A DNA stretch of 64,000 nucleotides from Octopus sinensis (GCF_006345805.1 NC_042997.1:4588001-4652000); one strand, 5' to 3'; positions 1-13,014 are shown, counted from the first letter of the stretch. Numbers and translations: made by a program. The notes: generated by a model from the sequence alone, not told the origin.

Positions 1-99
1 CCTCCTCTACAAGTGTTCCTCCTCGATACGCTACCCCACCCTCACCAACCCAATCCCTCCCAACCCTCACCCACATACCTCCTTCCTCCCAGCCTTCCA

Positions 100-845
100 A
101 CTCCACACCACATTCCTAGTTCTGTCCCATCCACCCATTCCCCACTTCTGTCTGTTGTTACCATTCCCCCAGATCTTCCCCTCTCTGGCATGAACGGTTC
201 CCTCCTCAGTAAGGGTCTGCACTTCAGCACCCTCACTCCATCCTGCTACGAATTTCGGACTCGTGCCAATATCCACAGCTTTAAGCGCCGCGTTAGGTTG
301 TGTGCACTTTTCCGCGACACTGCACCTGCATTTAATAAGGAGGACTGCTTCACCGACCTGGGCCGCCAGTTCCAAGCAGTCGATCTGTTTGCTGTGGACC
401 GGTTTAAAGTTTCCAAGCATCCCCGATATCATTGTCCGCACACCTCGCACTCCCAAAATTTATTTCCTTCCCCGAATCCACAAACCTAACAACCCTGGCC
501 GCCAGCCCAGTTCCACACGCACATACAGGCTCTCACGTACACGCGCACGTGCACCTTCGTATTGGGATCACCATTAATTTATTATCTACACTACTTTATT
601 ATCTCCCCTTTTTCCTCCCCCTCCTGTGTGACACATCTTTCTGGCATTCGCCATGATAGATTGCTAGCCACTGAACTTTTTTCTATTTTCTCTCCCTGTT
701 CATTTCTGTGCGCCTCTCTGTTGAAGAACGTAGGATCGAAACGTTAAAGACTTTCTCAGTTCCCGAGCGCTAAACTAATACATCTGTTTGTTGTTTACAG
801 ACCCGTCTTCGTCTTGCGTGTTTTTCTAAATTCTCTCTCGCTATG
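100..845 (+). mobile_element. Internally deleted Penelope-like element (Neptune-type) remnant with 3' pLTR tail
   Basis: Translation VVTIPPDLPLS..LLSKGLHF..FKRRVRL (~150-300) resembles the PLE N-terminal LSKGLxF..FxRRxRL region. PKIYFLPRIHKPNNPGR (~455-500) resembles RT motif LPKIHKxxxPGRP. The sequence then jumps to a non-coding tail (~600-845) ending in (TA)n; the same tail family recurs at 16545-16740. Confidence 0.75.
710..750 (+). ncRNA. Degenerate minimal hammerhead-like motif in PLE tail
   Basis: CTGTTGA-A-GAAC-GTAG-GATC-GAAAC-GTT. A6 of the CUGANGA core is replaced by U and stem II is imperfect. Confidence 0.3.
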
Positions 846-1084
846 TATATATATATATAATATGTTTTAGTATAAACATCGTATCATGATATTTTCACGT
901 TACATGATTACATGATGTCATCAAAAGTATCGATTTACGACAAGAATTCCTATGTACCTTGGAGAAAAAAATGGAATTAGTAAGACTCTTTAGTAATCAC
1001 TACGATCATTTTGTTGTGTTGTACTGCAATAAATATCCAGATGTCTCTCGTGAAGTGACTCGTCAAAAGGTTCTACCAAAATAA

Positions 1085-1300
1085 CTTGCAACTAGCTGAG
1101 CATTCCACAGACACACGTAAACTTAACGTGACAAGTGACACAGTGTGACACAGAGTGTGACAAGGCTGGCCTTTTGAAATACAGTTACTATTCAGTTTTG
1201 TCAGCTGAGTGGACTGAAGCAACTTTAAATAAATTGTATTACTCAAGGACTCACGTCGTCGGGAATTGAACGCATGGTCTTATGGTTATAAAATATAAAT
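1085..1300 (-). mobile_element. SINE-like repeat fragment
   Basis: Minus strand has a B-box-like GTTCAATTCC at ~1260-1270. The body (gctgagcattccacagacac..gtgacaaggctggcc.ttgaaatacag) is shared with 17455-17555. Confidence 0.5.
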
Positions 1301-1741
1301 ATATATCACATTCGGTTGTATATTTTGGGGAGTGCGGATGAATATTAGTTATGCAAATACGCTTGATCACGTAGATATTTAATCCTAACACTTGCAAATT
1401 TATAACTTGGAGTACTACACTGAGCAAAATAATAGGTAAATATAATTTGACTTCAATTTGAAACACGTCTGTAGTTACCGAAGTTGTTTGGTTCTTCATT
1501 TTACTTTTTACTTACATAAAATATATGGGTTTTTTCCTGGGAGAGTTTTTATGGTAGTTGAAAATACATCAGTATTTATTTCTAATTCAGTACGTGACGA
1601 GGCACTTAGCTGATCTCTGATTATAATTATGTATATAATTGTAGAATATTTTGTGTAAAGAATTTCCTTTAACGTACTGACTATTTGGTAAAATTATTAA
1701 TTATTAATTAATTAATTAAATAATGAATTAATTTTGCCCTG

Positions 1742-1772
<31 letters not shown>

Positions 1773-1893
1773 GCGGCCTACTTGCAACGTGTTCTCTTAT
1801 GTGTGTTTACACATATTTAAAGAATATTAGGTGTATTATATGGGGCGAGCCAAAATATACTTAGAAACATGTGTGTGTGTACTGTTCTATATA

Positions 1894-2085
1894 TGCGCGG
1901 CCGCAAGTTGGTAAGAAGCGCTACACTCTGGTTACTGCTGAGAAATCCGTCAGGGGGTAGAAAATATTTTATGTGTTCGTAAGTGCGTTTGATCGCGCGG
2001 CCGTCAGTTGGTAAACAGCCCTACACAATGGTCACTGCTGTAAAATCTGTCGGGCGGCAGAAAAATATTTTATGTGTGCGTGTGT
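1894..2085. repeat. Two diverged ~100-bp GC-rich tandem units inside the left inverted arm
   Basis: gcgcggccg.cagttggtaa...ctacac..tggt.actgctg..aaatc.gtc.gg.gg.agaaaatattttatgtgt at ~1895 and ~1995. Confidence 0.8.
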
Positions 2086-2288
2086 TCGTCTAATCATGCC
2101 TTGTCAAAGAAACCCCCCGTCGTCAAAACAAAACACCATTCGTCTCCCAGGAGTAATTCCCCTTGCAATGGTTAATCATATTTCTCTTAAAAGCTTTTTT
2201 AGAATTCATTTCCAAGGGCTATTTTCATATAAGTAGTGTGACCGGGTGCAGGTATTATTTATAAGCAAGATAAGTATAACGCCGCCAA

Positions 2289-4270
2289 TGGTTCTCTTCC
2301 ATCCCCAATAAGAACCGTACTAGGTTCATTTAGTTTGATATCGCCAGCTTCTACCCCTCGATTAACCCTAGTGTACTAAATAAGGCCCTTTGGCATGCTC
2401 ACAACAAGGCTGCCCTCACCAGAGAAGAAATAGATATCATTTTAGTTGCCAGGAAATCGTTTATTAAGTTTGATAATAAGTTATGGATCCGTAAAGATAC
2501 TCCCAATGAATTTGATGTGCCTATGGGTAGTTCGGATAGTGCGCCGATTTGGTCGGAATATATATTCTCTACGAATTGTCCGACCAATTCCCGGAGATCG
2601 CGGGCGGCCTGTATCGTTACGATTGTCTGTTTTACCTGCAAAACACCACGAACAGAATAGTGCAGAAAACTAAGAGCAGGTTAGCTAGGTTTTTTAATAG
2701 AATGGGCATGAATATAGTTTTTGATAATGAACTCACCAAGGCTAATTTCCTAGACGTTACACTTAACCTTAATAGCGACTCATACTGCCCTTACCATAAG
2801 CCTTCCACTAATTTGAAGTATGTCAGTGTCTTCTCCAATCATGCCAAAACCGTAACAGACAATTTGGTTAAAAACATCTCTCTAAGATTGTCTGGCTTGT
2901 CCGCTAGTGCCGATATTTTTATGCAGAAAGCGGAATTTTATAACGCCGCACTATCCAAGGCCGGTTATAGGCAGAAGGTAATTTATATTGATCCGGCCCT
3001 TCCGATGCCATCATTCGGTCATCAGGATAGGGCCGTCTATAATAACATAAATAATTTAAATAGTGACGGGAGCGCGGCGGATCCTGGGGCAGTCGCTCCC
3101 GCATTTAATTTAGCGAACAAGGATAATTATCGGTCCGGGGGATCTCACACTAACACAAAACCCGTTATTCATCCGAGAATCACCCACCCGAATGCGAGAG
3201 CTGGCGTCCCGACCCATCACATAAATAGGAATAGGCATATATGGTTTGTAATTCCCTTTGGTAAGCAGTTTAGAACTAACCTCCCCCTCATGTTTCGACA
3301 AGCCATCGCCAATAACTTCCCCAGAAATTCCAAATATTACTCCACGGTTAACTCGCATAAAGTTAGGATAGCTTTCTCCAACACTAAAAACCTCGCCCAG
3401 ATAATCGCCTCCCATAATAATAGGCTGCTTACTAAGACCCTACCACCTTTTTCCGGAGGCACAGCTTCTTCCGCTCCCGGTTTAACGCTCAGTAGGAATA
3501 ATAATAGAAGTAATAATGATATGAGAGCCAGTACAGTAACTCATAATCTCAGCTCCAACCAGGGATTATATACTAGGGGTATAGTTATAAATAAGGGTGA
3601 TGTCATTGACGGTAACAACGGCAGTAGTGAGGTGAGCGCAGCTCGGCTCGTTAGGGTAGAGAGTCCCAATAGCAACTCCAGCGTCGTTTCCGGCAATAGC
3701 AGCACCCCGGGCACTAGCAATGACAGCACTCTGAGTGATAGTGTAGAATCAGGGGTTATTCCGTTAGTTAATAGTGACGTAGTGGAAAATAAAGTAGTAA
3801 GCGGCTGCAGTTTTCGCAACAAATATAGGAACAGTAACGCAGTTCTAATTTCAGAAACTAATCCTAATAGAATAAGGTTCACGTCGGTGAACTCCAAGAT
3901 CAGAAACGCCGTCTACCAATGCAAGGTTTACACGGACTCAGATGTCTACTCTTATGTCGGGGCCTCATCGTCAAGATTGGCCTTACGAATCTCCAACCAT
4001 TACGCAACTTTTCGAGACGTGAATAAATGCCAGACCACGGGACTTAGCAAGCTAATATGGCGATTGAAGAATACGAACTCAAGCTACAGGCTGGAATGGT
4101 CAATTTTGTCGGTGGCCCTCCCATTTGACAGGGGCGGAAGGAAGTGCAACCTTTGTGTCTCCGAACTCTTCCATATATTGTTCGCCAGACTCCGGATGGT
4201 AAACGGACTTTTACAGTCGGCTTTTCGATGCCCCCATTGGCGGCGTTATACTTATCTTGCTTATAAATAA
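2289..4270 (+). pseudogene. PLE RT-endonuclease ORF, disabled
   Basis: WFSSIPNKNRTRFI*FDIASFYPSI (TAG at 2331), FDVPMGSSDSAP, a frameshift near 2545, GLYRYDCL (YRDDGL catalytic motif altered), NFLDVTLNL, PYHKP, IWFVIPF..FP....VRIAFS. The C-terminal EN reads NAVYQC..SYVG..RISNH..SKLIWRLK..WSIL..CNLC..CPH. These motifs match Naiad-clade PLE proteins. Confidence 0.9.
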
Positions 4271-4962
4271 CGCTTATAAATAATACCTGCACCCGGTCAC
4301 ACTACTTATATGAAAATAGCCCTTGGAAATAAATTCTGAAAAAAGCTTTTAAGGGAAATATGATTAACCATTGCAAGGGGAATTACTCCTGGGAGACGAA
4401 TGGTGTTTTGTTTTTCTCGCCCCATATAATACACCCAATATTCTTTAAATAGTCAGAACTTTAGTCTCGGTCACAAAGAACATCTAAGCACCCCGTGCTC
4501 TCACCCAGCGGAATGACCGCTGCCTGACCCATTAAAATCTTCAACGCACCCACCACCCGTTTTCAACATACATTGATAAACAGTTTGGCCATGGGCTCTT
4601 AGGAGCCTCGTTCGATTTGTTTTGCTCCGCCTCTGTTCTGTTTTTTGTTTTTTCCAACGGATTTCCTATTTCTTCCTGAAGAGAAAGACACAATATGGTC
4701 TCCTTATTCAATCGGAATTTGGCAAGTTGTGCCTTTCGAAACAGGTGTAGAATGCAATAAAACGATTTCTATTCAATCTTCGTTCAACTCCATTTCTTCA
4801 ATTCACTAATAATATTAAAATTCAATTATCCGCACCAACGCACGGTTGCAACACCATATGGTTGTACCTCCACCCGTGCTGTCTTCTGCTGTGATTTTTG
4901 CTACCAAGGTATCGGTTAAACTTTTGATTAATCTGCAACAAGATTATTCATCTTTCTATTTC

Positions 4963-4966
<4 letters not shown>

Positions 4967-5042
<76 letters not shown>

Positions 5043-5072
5043 GTGTGTGTATACATATATATATATATATAC
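4967..5072. repeat. (TA)n/(TG)n compound microsatellite
   Basis: Direct reading. Similar arrays occur throughout, e.g. 7080-7155, 15965-16045, 21850-21965, 27885-28065, 33620-33697, 35200-35435, 47130-47235, 54320-54590, 63325-63400. Confidence 0.95.
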
Positions 5073-7084
5073 TTGCATGTCATGGTGTATGTGTATTCAT
5101 TTATGCAGTCATATGCGCGTGCACTTGCATAAATGTATAAGCGAAAATAATCGATTTCGCAAGTTTTAATACTGAATACATTTATTTACAATAACTAAAC
5201 AAAATCTTTACGTTCTGCTAGAAATGCAGTGAGAGGCGTCTTTTAGCAAGCCGCACAGCTTATTATGGATAAAAATTTTGCGGCCTTTATTTTAATATGT
5301 TTAACATCATATGTTGTGTAATTGAACAAAACACAAGTTAGAACTTCTGACGGTGAAATTATTAGCAGTAAACTTTCTAATAAAACGTGTTGGTAGTCAT
5401 TCAACTTTCCAACTTTATATACAACGTGATATGTTAACACTAATTTAAAACAAATGGTCAGTATTTTTATATTCACTTGATTAAATCAATTACTGATAAT
5501 CAACAGTGTTCGTTGTCGGTGTTGTTGGGAAAACTATTGAGCAATAATGTAATTAACAACTGTATAACGGAGGATGGGAGTGAGTGGAAAATTAACTTAC
5601 AGAATATTAAAAGTTTACCTTGGTAATTGGTGAATGTTCTGGAACGCTGAAGGGAAATACTGACCGAATCATATAAAGTGTGTGAAAATAAAATAAACAC
5701 AAATGAATATACTAAGCAACGCAACTTTTCTTCAAATGATTGTTACATTCCAATAGGTAAATGAATTGTGATAAAGAATGGCCTGAAAGTTGTTTTTGAC
5801 GATCGATTAGCAAATTGAGAAACTATGCACTGAAAATATTTTTCGAAATATTTTCTAAAAGGGATATATAAATTGTTGATAATATAGTAGTCGATATATA
5901 GAAGTTTCTTTCACTGAATTCAGTCTCACAAATATCTGTACAATGTAACTTCATATGAAACCCTTGGGTATAACAAAGTTAAAACAAATATAATAGTTGC
6001 CAAATTACACTTTTTATTCAAATAAAGTAACAATAATTGTTTTTTATTTACAAAATTGCAGTATATTTCAGTGTGTGGTATAACAAATATAGATCGAAAA
6101 TGAAACATGTCAGTATTGTATGAGCACTACTTTTATAAATTTCTCCTTCATGTAAACAAAAATTAATATTTAATAATTCGTATTTTGCATGTCCAGTGAT
6201 ATGAACATATTGCAATAATGTATTCCATCCAAATTTAATTGAGATAATTCTATTTCAAACTTAATACGGCGATTCCTTCTAGAGATGTGCTGGTGTGAAT
6301 AATCATATAAAATTGGGCAATTTCTATCTCCCACAATTTCTATCAATGAATCTTTAGAAAATATACTTCATAATCATCGTCTTCAGTAAAATCTTAAAAT
6401 ATCCACATATCGCAGAGCTTATTGTTTTGAACTTGTTATTACAAATTGTACAAAAAATATATATGCTACTTTGTTTCATAATGATAATTATAGTGGTCCC
6501 TAGAGAATACTAAAAGGCCCAAATTATTAAAATCGAAATGGAATTTAAATGAATTATTTTAATATGGTACTTCATGCAACGACAGCTGAAATTTAGCAAC
6601 ATAGCATGTTCGAAAATGACTTCAGAATTGTGCAGGCATTTAACTTTTGTCTATATTTTGGATAGTGTAGTTGCTTGAGTGTGTTTTGCATATTCATGTT
6701 ACTTGTCTTATGCGGTGTATTTCAGAATATGGTGGTAATATTTAAGCAAATTTTATTTATATGGTGTGTATTATTATCCTTGGATACGTTGGAGGCGCTA
6801 CTGACAACGAAAGCAAACTTTAGGTGGGCTGGAGGAGGGATGTGGTATAGTAATGAGGTTGTACATAGTAGAATAATTGAGTAAGAGGCAACAAGGTGAA
6901 AGGTTAGAGCATCGAAGAGTTAATGAAACAGGAAAAATTTACTAAGGGAAATGAATTGCATTTCTTAATGGGAAAGTGCAAAGAGATCACAGATGTAAGA
7001 AACCAAATGTACAGTGGAAGAGGTACACAGAATAAGCTAGGAATATATCTCCTCGGCGGTATACCCATACCTATACATACATAT

Positions 7085-7160
<76 letters not shown>

Positions 7161-7284
7161 TACGGAGATATATTTGCATAGCAAGCGACCTGATCTTAGA
7201 TCGTGTGCTGGAACGAGATCAATTGCAATGTGGAAGGTGTTAATAAGACATTTAAGAAACACGCATCAACATTTAAATTTAATT

Positions 7285-7391
7285 TGTCAAAATATTTTCG
7301 TCGCTTCGATACCGCGACCTGTTCACTGACAAAATACTGTGAAGCACGGAATTTTGTCAGTAAACAGGTCGCGGATGAAAATATTTTGACA
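7285..7391. repeat. ~107-bp imperfect palindrome (MITE/foldback-like)
   Basis: tgtcaaaatattttc...gaaaatattttgaca, with inner arms ccgcgacctgttcactgacaaaat...attttgtcagtaaacaggtcgcgg. Confidence 0.75.
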
Positions 7392-7639
7392 CAATGAGTC
7401 GTTCAGTTGCATTGTTGGCGAATTAACGTGATTTTTATGCGAAAAGGGTTATTTTTGTGCGAAGCAAGTGTGAACTGTTGTTTTTTCCTGTTGATAATAT
7501 AGTTGAAGTGTCTCGCGCGTGTTGTTGTTTCCTGCTGTGTTTTTTGTTCCATTTCTCCCCATTGGGGATCATGAGGTTCGTAGCATTATGGCAAGCTACG
7601 CGGAAACAGCTACGGTCAAGGAAGCTACACCATTAGAAG

Positions 7640-7995
7640 CCAAGAATGTGCATTTTTCGCCTTTCTTCTTGACAATTCTTCAACTATATAACATATACTG
7701 TGCACCTTGTCCACCGCCAGTATGTCCATTTCGTCAAGGTCCAGCAGCTTCTCTATTTGGATTGGGAAATTCCAGAGGATTTAGCTAGTTTCTGAGTCTG
7801 GCAATTTCAGCTGTTTGTGCTCATAACACGTCTTGCCACTCTCTATCCCCCACTTTTTTGCAAAGATTCCAAAGTAGCACTCTCGCAAACTTTCATGTCG
7901 CCACTTGTAATGGTTTGGGGCTAGTGTAGGACATTCGCTCGCGATATGGACAATGGTTTCCTCCACTCTATTTCAGATGCGGTACAGCGGAGACA
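7640..7995 (-). mobile_element. R4/Dong-type non-LTR fragment (CCHC knuckle plus restriction-like endonuclease)
   Basis: Minus strand reads EETIVHIASECPTLAPNHYKWRH.., then ILWNFPIQ..DILAVDK, resembling the ILWD..PDI.VVDK PD-(D/E)xK domain. Confidence 0.8.
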
Positions 7996-8029
7996 CATGC
8001 TCATTCTTCTAATTAACAGTCCATTTCTT

Positions 8030-8385
8030 AGCTTATTATTATTTTTTTTTCTTCTTTCAAATTTGCTTCCATTTCTTGCCGAGTGTCTTCCCGACTCCTA
8101 GGGCAAAGAAACTGCTCTTCTCAATACGTGTGATGTACTAGTTAAGACAATATTTTGCACTTCTTGCAGGGATGGTAAGCCAGGGATCATTCTCATATAA
8201 TTTTCGGTTCCCTTCTTGATCATTCCTAGTGCTCCTACGATCACTGGTATTGTAACCGCCTTCAGATGCCACATTTTCTCAATTTCAATGAGTAGGTCTT
8301 TATATTTTATGAGCTTGTCAAACTCTTTCGCTGAGATATTATGATCACAGGGGATGCTCATGTCGATCAATAAGCAAACTTTATT
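8030..8385 (-). mobile_element. R4/Dong-type 3' end fragment flanked by (TAA)n
   Basis: ORF 8098-8370 IDMSIPCDHNISAKEFDKLIKYKDL..EIEKMWHLK...PVIVGALG is the RLE C-terminus. There is a short (TAA)n tail near 8032-8045 and (TTA)n at 8387-8454. Confidence 0.88.
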
Positions 8386-8386
8386 G

Positions 8387-8454
<68 letters not shown>
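8387..8454. repeat. (TTA)n microsatellite
   Basis: Direct reading. Confidence 0.95.
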
Positions 8455-9049
8455 GTTTGATGTACATTTTCATGCATGATAAATTAAATATCTTGTATTT
8501 TGATTGGAGTATTTGTCACACGTAAAGAAAAGATCTTTGAATTGTCGAGGTATATTATTGTTGATATATTCAGATATTTTTTGTACTGTTTTCTACTGAA
8601 CAGCATTTGAGATAGGAAATAGTCTCTAACTTCGTGTAACACACCGATTTCTTCCATTTAGTTGAGTTTGTGTTTTAATGCCCTCATCTACCACGATATC
8701 CACCCAATTACTCAATATAATAAAGGTATATAAAGAAAACTTAAACAGGAAATATTTCTTAATTTTGATTTACCAACTCAGGTACGTGTTGAAACTATAT
8801 TGCGTCACGACCAGATCAGAAACTTGGTGACCATCGTTAGGTATTCTTAGAACGATACACTTACGCTCTTACTTGTGCTTTATATGTACTAGCTTACTGG
8901 ACTCACTTCAAAGATTGTAAATAATTTCTTGCACTGCTTCACATAGTCTGAATTTGTAAACAGACTATTTACACTATTTACATTTTATGAAATACGTCAT
9001 TAAGACTAGTTCTGCAACGACTCACGTTCACATCCTCGTTGTATTGAAT

Positions 9050-10460
9050 TGGCCATGCAATTCCTTCTCATTCCAGGCATCTGTACTGCCGTTCCATTTA
9101 TTCTTGATTTGTCTGTTTCACTGATTTCTTTTTTAAATCTGGAAAAGATTATGTGCTGCAACTCCAATATATTGCAGCCTATTATCTATGTGGTATGATG
9201 ATGTGAGTAGAGGATTATGTTGATTTGTGAACAGCGTCATAGTTTTCCTTTGTAATTTCTATAGCTCTGTCTTTGTCCACTTTTAAAAAGGAGCACATCA
9301 TCTCAGCACTCTGAAAACGACAATTGATTCCTTTGATATAATTATCTCCAATTTTATTTGTTTCAAGTATGTTCTTAATCCTTCCTAATTAAATTATCAC
9401 CCCGCAGAAAACCTAGGTATTTGTAATTTGCCTTATAACTCAGAAATTTAATATGAAATTGCCGTACCTTCATATCATAGGTTTTAAATCTTACTAGATA
9501 CCTTCATATCTAGAACAGTACACGTATCTGCCAGAAGTAGCTTACCAGTATTCTTGTTAAATATTCTAATAATTTAGACAAAATAATCAAGATGGTTTTC
9601 ATTTTTGGCAGATATTATGAGATCTTCCATAAATGGCAGGTGATTTATATTTAAAATGAAATTCTTTTGCTCACGGGCTGGCCTAAGTTTTCTAAGCTGG
9701 CTGGTCATGGCGCAGTCAAGTCAGATAGTGCAGAGCCCGAGTTTTTTTTTTGCTGGACAAATAAACCTACATTCACACTTGCCGTTGATACATATCTGCA
9801 ATTCGTTTATACTTCCAATTAACTCATTACATTGTTTTTTAAAGAACAAAAATTGCATTGACAGCCATAGATTACGAGCACTTCAAAATCCAGTTGCAGT
9901 GTAAATTATTGTATATGTCTGTAAATTTATCCAACCCCAAATTATGATGTCCTTCCTATTCATGCCTCAGTTAGTCATGCTATTAAGTTCCCTTTGAATT
10001 GTATTTCATCACTTTCGATATACTAGTAGTAGATATTTCTTCTCTTGTACATTATAACGCTTTCATGCAGAGACAATATTATGTAATTCCTAGAACAAAT
10101 ATAATCGTTTGACAGTTCTCTGATGACAAACTTATCGTTTCATATCTTCCCTCTGCATTCTCACTGTAATTAGTTTTGTTATCCAAAATTTATTTTCTAT
10201 ACTATCAATAAGAAATCGTTCAGTATACCTCGGCTACTAGAAATATTCTAAAACCAGAATCTCAGAAACCTATCCGGAATGTTCGCTTTATACCTAGGTA
10301 TAGCTAAACTTCCTTTTCCACTTACATTACTGAAATATTTGTATTGACCAATTTTCCATTTCATTTTCAAATTTCCATACCTGTCGCCCTCAGTAAGTTG
10401 TTGATCTTTTCTCCACATATGTGATCAAAAATTTGTTTGCTCCTTTAACACTTTCACAGC
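9050..10460 (-). mobile_element. Ancient, heavily mutated R4/Dong-type RT fragment
   Basis: Minus-strand remnants: F*SHMW (~10420), WILKC (~9885), INHLPFMEDLIISAKNENHLD..IRIFNKN (~9560-9645; consensus INHLLFMDDLKLYAKNE), NYKYLGF (~9410-9430) and RIKNILETNKIGDNYIKGIN (~9325-9385). Confidence 0.7.
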
Positions 10461-10726
10461 TTACATCATTCTTCTAATGCTCCTTTCCATTCTTCAGCCA
10501 GTGTTTAAATGTCCGATGCTACTGAATAGCCTTACAATGCTTATACTAGTTTCACTTTGTGTCTAATATTTTATTTGGTATTGTCTTAATCATTTTTTTT
10601 CATATTGCTTCTTTAGTTAGTTATAAACTTTTGTCTCTGATGTTGTGATTTCCTTCAGTACTTCTCTGTTGAAGCTTTTAGCCTGTCAAATTCTTCTTTG
10701 AACTGTTCAAGGTCCAAAGCTTGTCA

Positions 10727-11110
10727 ACCACATTGTTCCGGGTCCATTAATAATGCGTGGTACATTGGGCAAGTGTCTTCTACTATAGACTCGGGCCGAC
10801 CAAAGCCTTGTGGGGGAATTTGGTAGATGGAAACTGAAAGATTCCCGTCGTATATATGAATATACATGTATGTATGTATGTATGTATGTGTGTGTGTATA
10901 TGTTTGTGTGTCTGTGTTTGTCCCGACCAACATCGGTTGACAAACGATGCTGGTGTGTTTACGTCCCCGTAACTTAGCGGTTCGGCAAAAGAGACCGATA
11001 GAATAAGTACTAGGTTTACAAAGAATAAGTCGTGGGTAGATTTGCTCAATTAAAGGCCGTGCCCCAGCATGTCCACATTCAAATGACTGAAACAAGTAAA
11101 AGAGTAAAAG
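10727..11110 (+). mobile_element. tRNA-derived SINE (family A) with internal microsatellite
   Basis: gggcaagtgtcttctactatag..ccgaccaaagccttgtg..ttggtaga.ggaaactgaaaga..cccgtcgtatat-(TA/TG)n-..ttagcggttcggcaaaagagaccgatagaataagtact..gaaacaagtaaaagagtaaaagag. The same family recurs many times in the window. Confidence 0.85.
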
Positions 11111-12089
11111 AGTATAACAATAGGGTACAACCTAATTATTGTAGTTTTAATTGTAGAAACCCGAATATTTGTGAGGTAGAATGTAACTTTAAAATGCAAC
11201 AATTGTGGTGTAGAAGTTAACATTAAAATGCAACAATTAGTACTCATAATCTCTCTAAATTTACTTATATCGGACGTGCACAAAATTCATTCAAATTAAG
11301 ATTAAATAATCATAGATCATACTTCAATGACCCTAGAAAAAAATAGCACAGGTTTATCCAAAAATGTTTGATAAGAAGCTATACAGATTACTTAATTTCT
11401 TAGAAAATACTTTCTTCAGCTTCATTTTATAGACATAATAACAAGATCTGCAAATTATGCCCAGGAGGAAGTTACAAAATAATGAAAATGAATGTCTTCT
11501 TGTAAATTCGAGAGAAGAAAAAGTATTTTTTTCCAGACATACTTAATACTTCATTTTTATTTATCTTAAATCATCTTTCCACCCCACTACATTAACCATT
11601 TTCATCTTAATCCTTCTACTTATAATTGTTTTGTATAATATCACGCTCTACATTATTACTATCTATATATAATTTATATTCTATAATGCTCTCTACTTTG
11701 ATTATCTTAACTACTTGGATAATAATATGTTATTCTCCGCCCCCAATATATTGTACGAACCTCATATTTTAACTAATATTAAAACCTATACCAAATATTC
11801 ATATACATTCCCCTCTGTCTCAATATATATTTTTAGACAATTATTGGACCATTAGTTAATAGACATACATAGGTATACATTATTTTGTTTGCAATCTATT
11901 TTTCTCAATACTTACCGTACACATTACGATAGTCGATCCATGACATGGCTAAGTTACTTTTCCTGGTCTTTCCGTCTCTAAGTATAGTTTTGTTAATCAG
12001 GAATTTATCCTTGTTACCTCTGCACTTACGCTTCTAACCCTTCTGCTCATGTGATTGGACTACATTTTTTTCTAGATGTTCGTACATTG

Positions 12090-12570
12090 ACTCTGCGAGT
12101 ATTCCAGTCAATAACTTCCACATAAGTGGCAAACAGGATATCGGCCTTTAACTCTCTACGGTATTGCCCTTTGCGATGTCTTCAGGCACAGTACTGTCCT
12201 GCGCAATGTCAACCACTCTGGTGTTGCTTGCTCGGCATTTACCAAGGTATTTAGTTGCACAGCTATTCGTGCATGTCATTCACCAAATCTTTTGATCCAG
12301 TAGCCTTCAACTCCATCTGGGCACGGGGCCGTCCAGGTGCTCATTTTTTTGCTTATTTCCTTCACTTCCCTCACTGAAATGACAAGTTCTGCTTGTTTTG
12401 GGCAGACTATTGTTTGTTTCAGATCTTGCCACCATTCAGCATCCTTCCGCTGCTCCTTGTTTTGCTCCAGAGGTCACTTCAAAAACATTGACTTTCAATG
12501 TTATCTGGCATTAACTTTTCATTTGTACCTCCTCCATGTTTTTTTCGTCATATAATGTTTTCTGATCTAC
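12090..12570 (-). mobile_element. R4/Dong-type RT N-terminal fragment
   Basis: [75 protein letters not shown], followed by [17 protein letters not shown]. Confidence 0.85.
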
Positions 12571-12609
12571 TCTGAATAAACTAACCAATATTAAATATTA
12601 GAGCGAGTT

Positions 12610-12795
12610 ATAAACAGTAGCTGCAACACATCGTGACGTATATTTGCCATTTAAATATGGCTAATCCCTAAGGGTGGATGCTACTGTAGTTTGTAACTCC
12701 AGGAGGACACCCCCTCCAGCTGGCTATAGACACACTTTCTGTGTCCTATCAGTATTTGCAGTCAAATGACTGAAACAAGTAAAAGAGTAAAAGAA
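12610..12795 (+). mobile_element. SINE-like repeat sharing the family-A 3' tail
   Basis: Different body, but ends in gcagtcaaatgactgaaacaagtaaaagagtaaaag. It lies within the gap that splits the R4 element. Confidence 0.5.
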
Positions 12796-13014
12796 TATTT
12801 AATTATAAAAATATAATGGGAATGGTTAGAAGGGTCCATCTGAGTCAGATAAGAACCAAAGTAAAAAAATGGTTGAAAAACGCTGCTCTGAAAGCACACA
12901 TTTGGCTCTATAGCACAATATTTTCACTAAGCATGTGTAAAGATATATCAATATATAAAAAAAGGCATATGCTAAATTTGGTTAATCTCTTTAGTGTTGC
13001 ACTATGGAGAAAAA

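Larger units (their letters stand above)
1814..4451 (+). mobile_element. 5'-truncated Naiad-type Penelope-like retroelement with inverted 5' pLTR
   Basis: 1814-1848 plus 2125-2291 is the reverse complement of 4234-4451. The interior encodes RT, thumb and GIY-YIG endonuclease. GC and CpG content is visibly higher than in the flanks. Confidence 0.9.

Noticed and set aside
4336-4410. HHR or SECIS in the Naiad 3' pLTR (ctgaaaaaagc..gggaaa; atgatta-accatt..aatggt)
   Set aside because: The core lacks G8 and convincing stems in both arms. The hairpin has no 3' GA for a SECIS quartet, and the ORF has no in-frame TGA.
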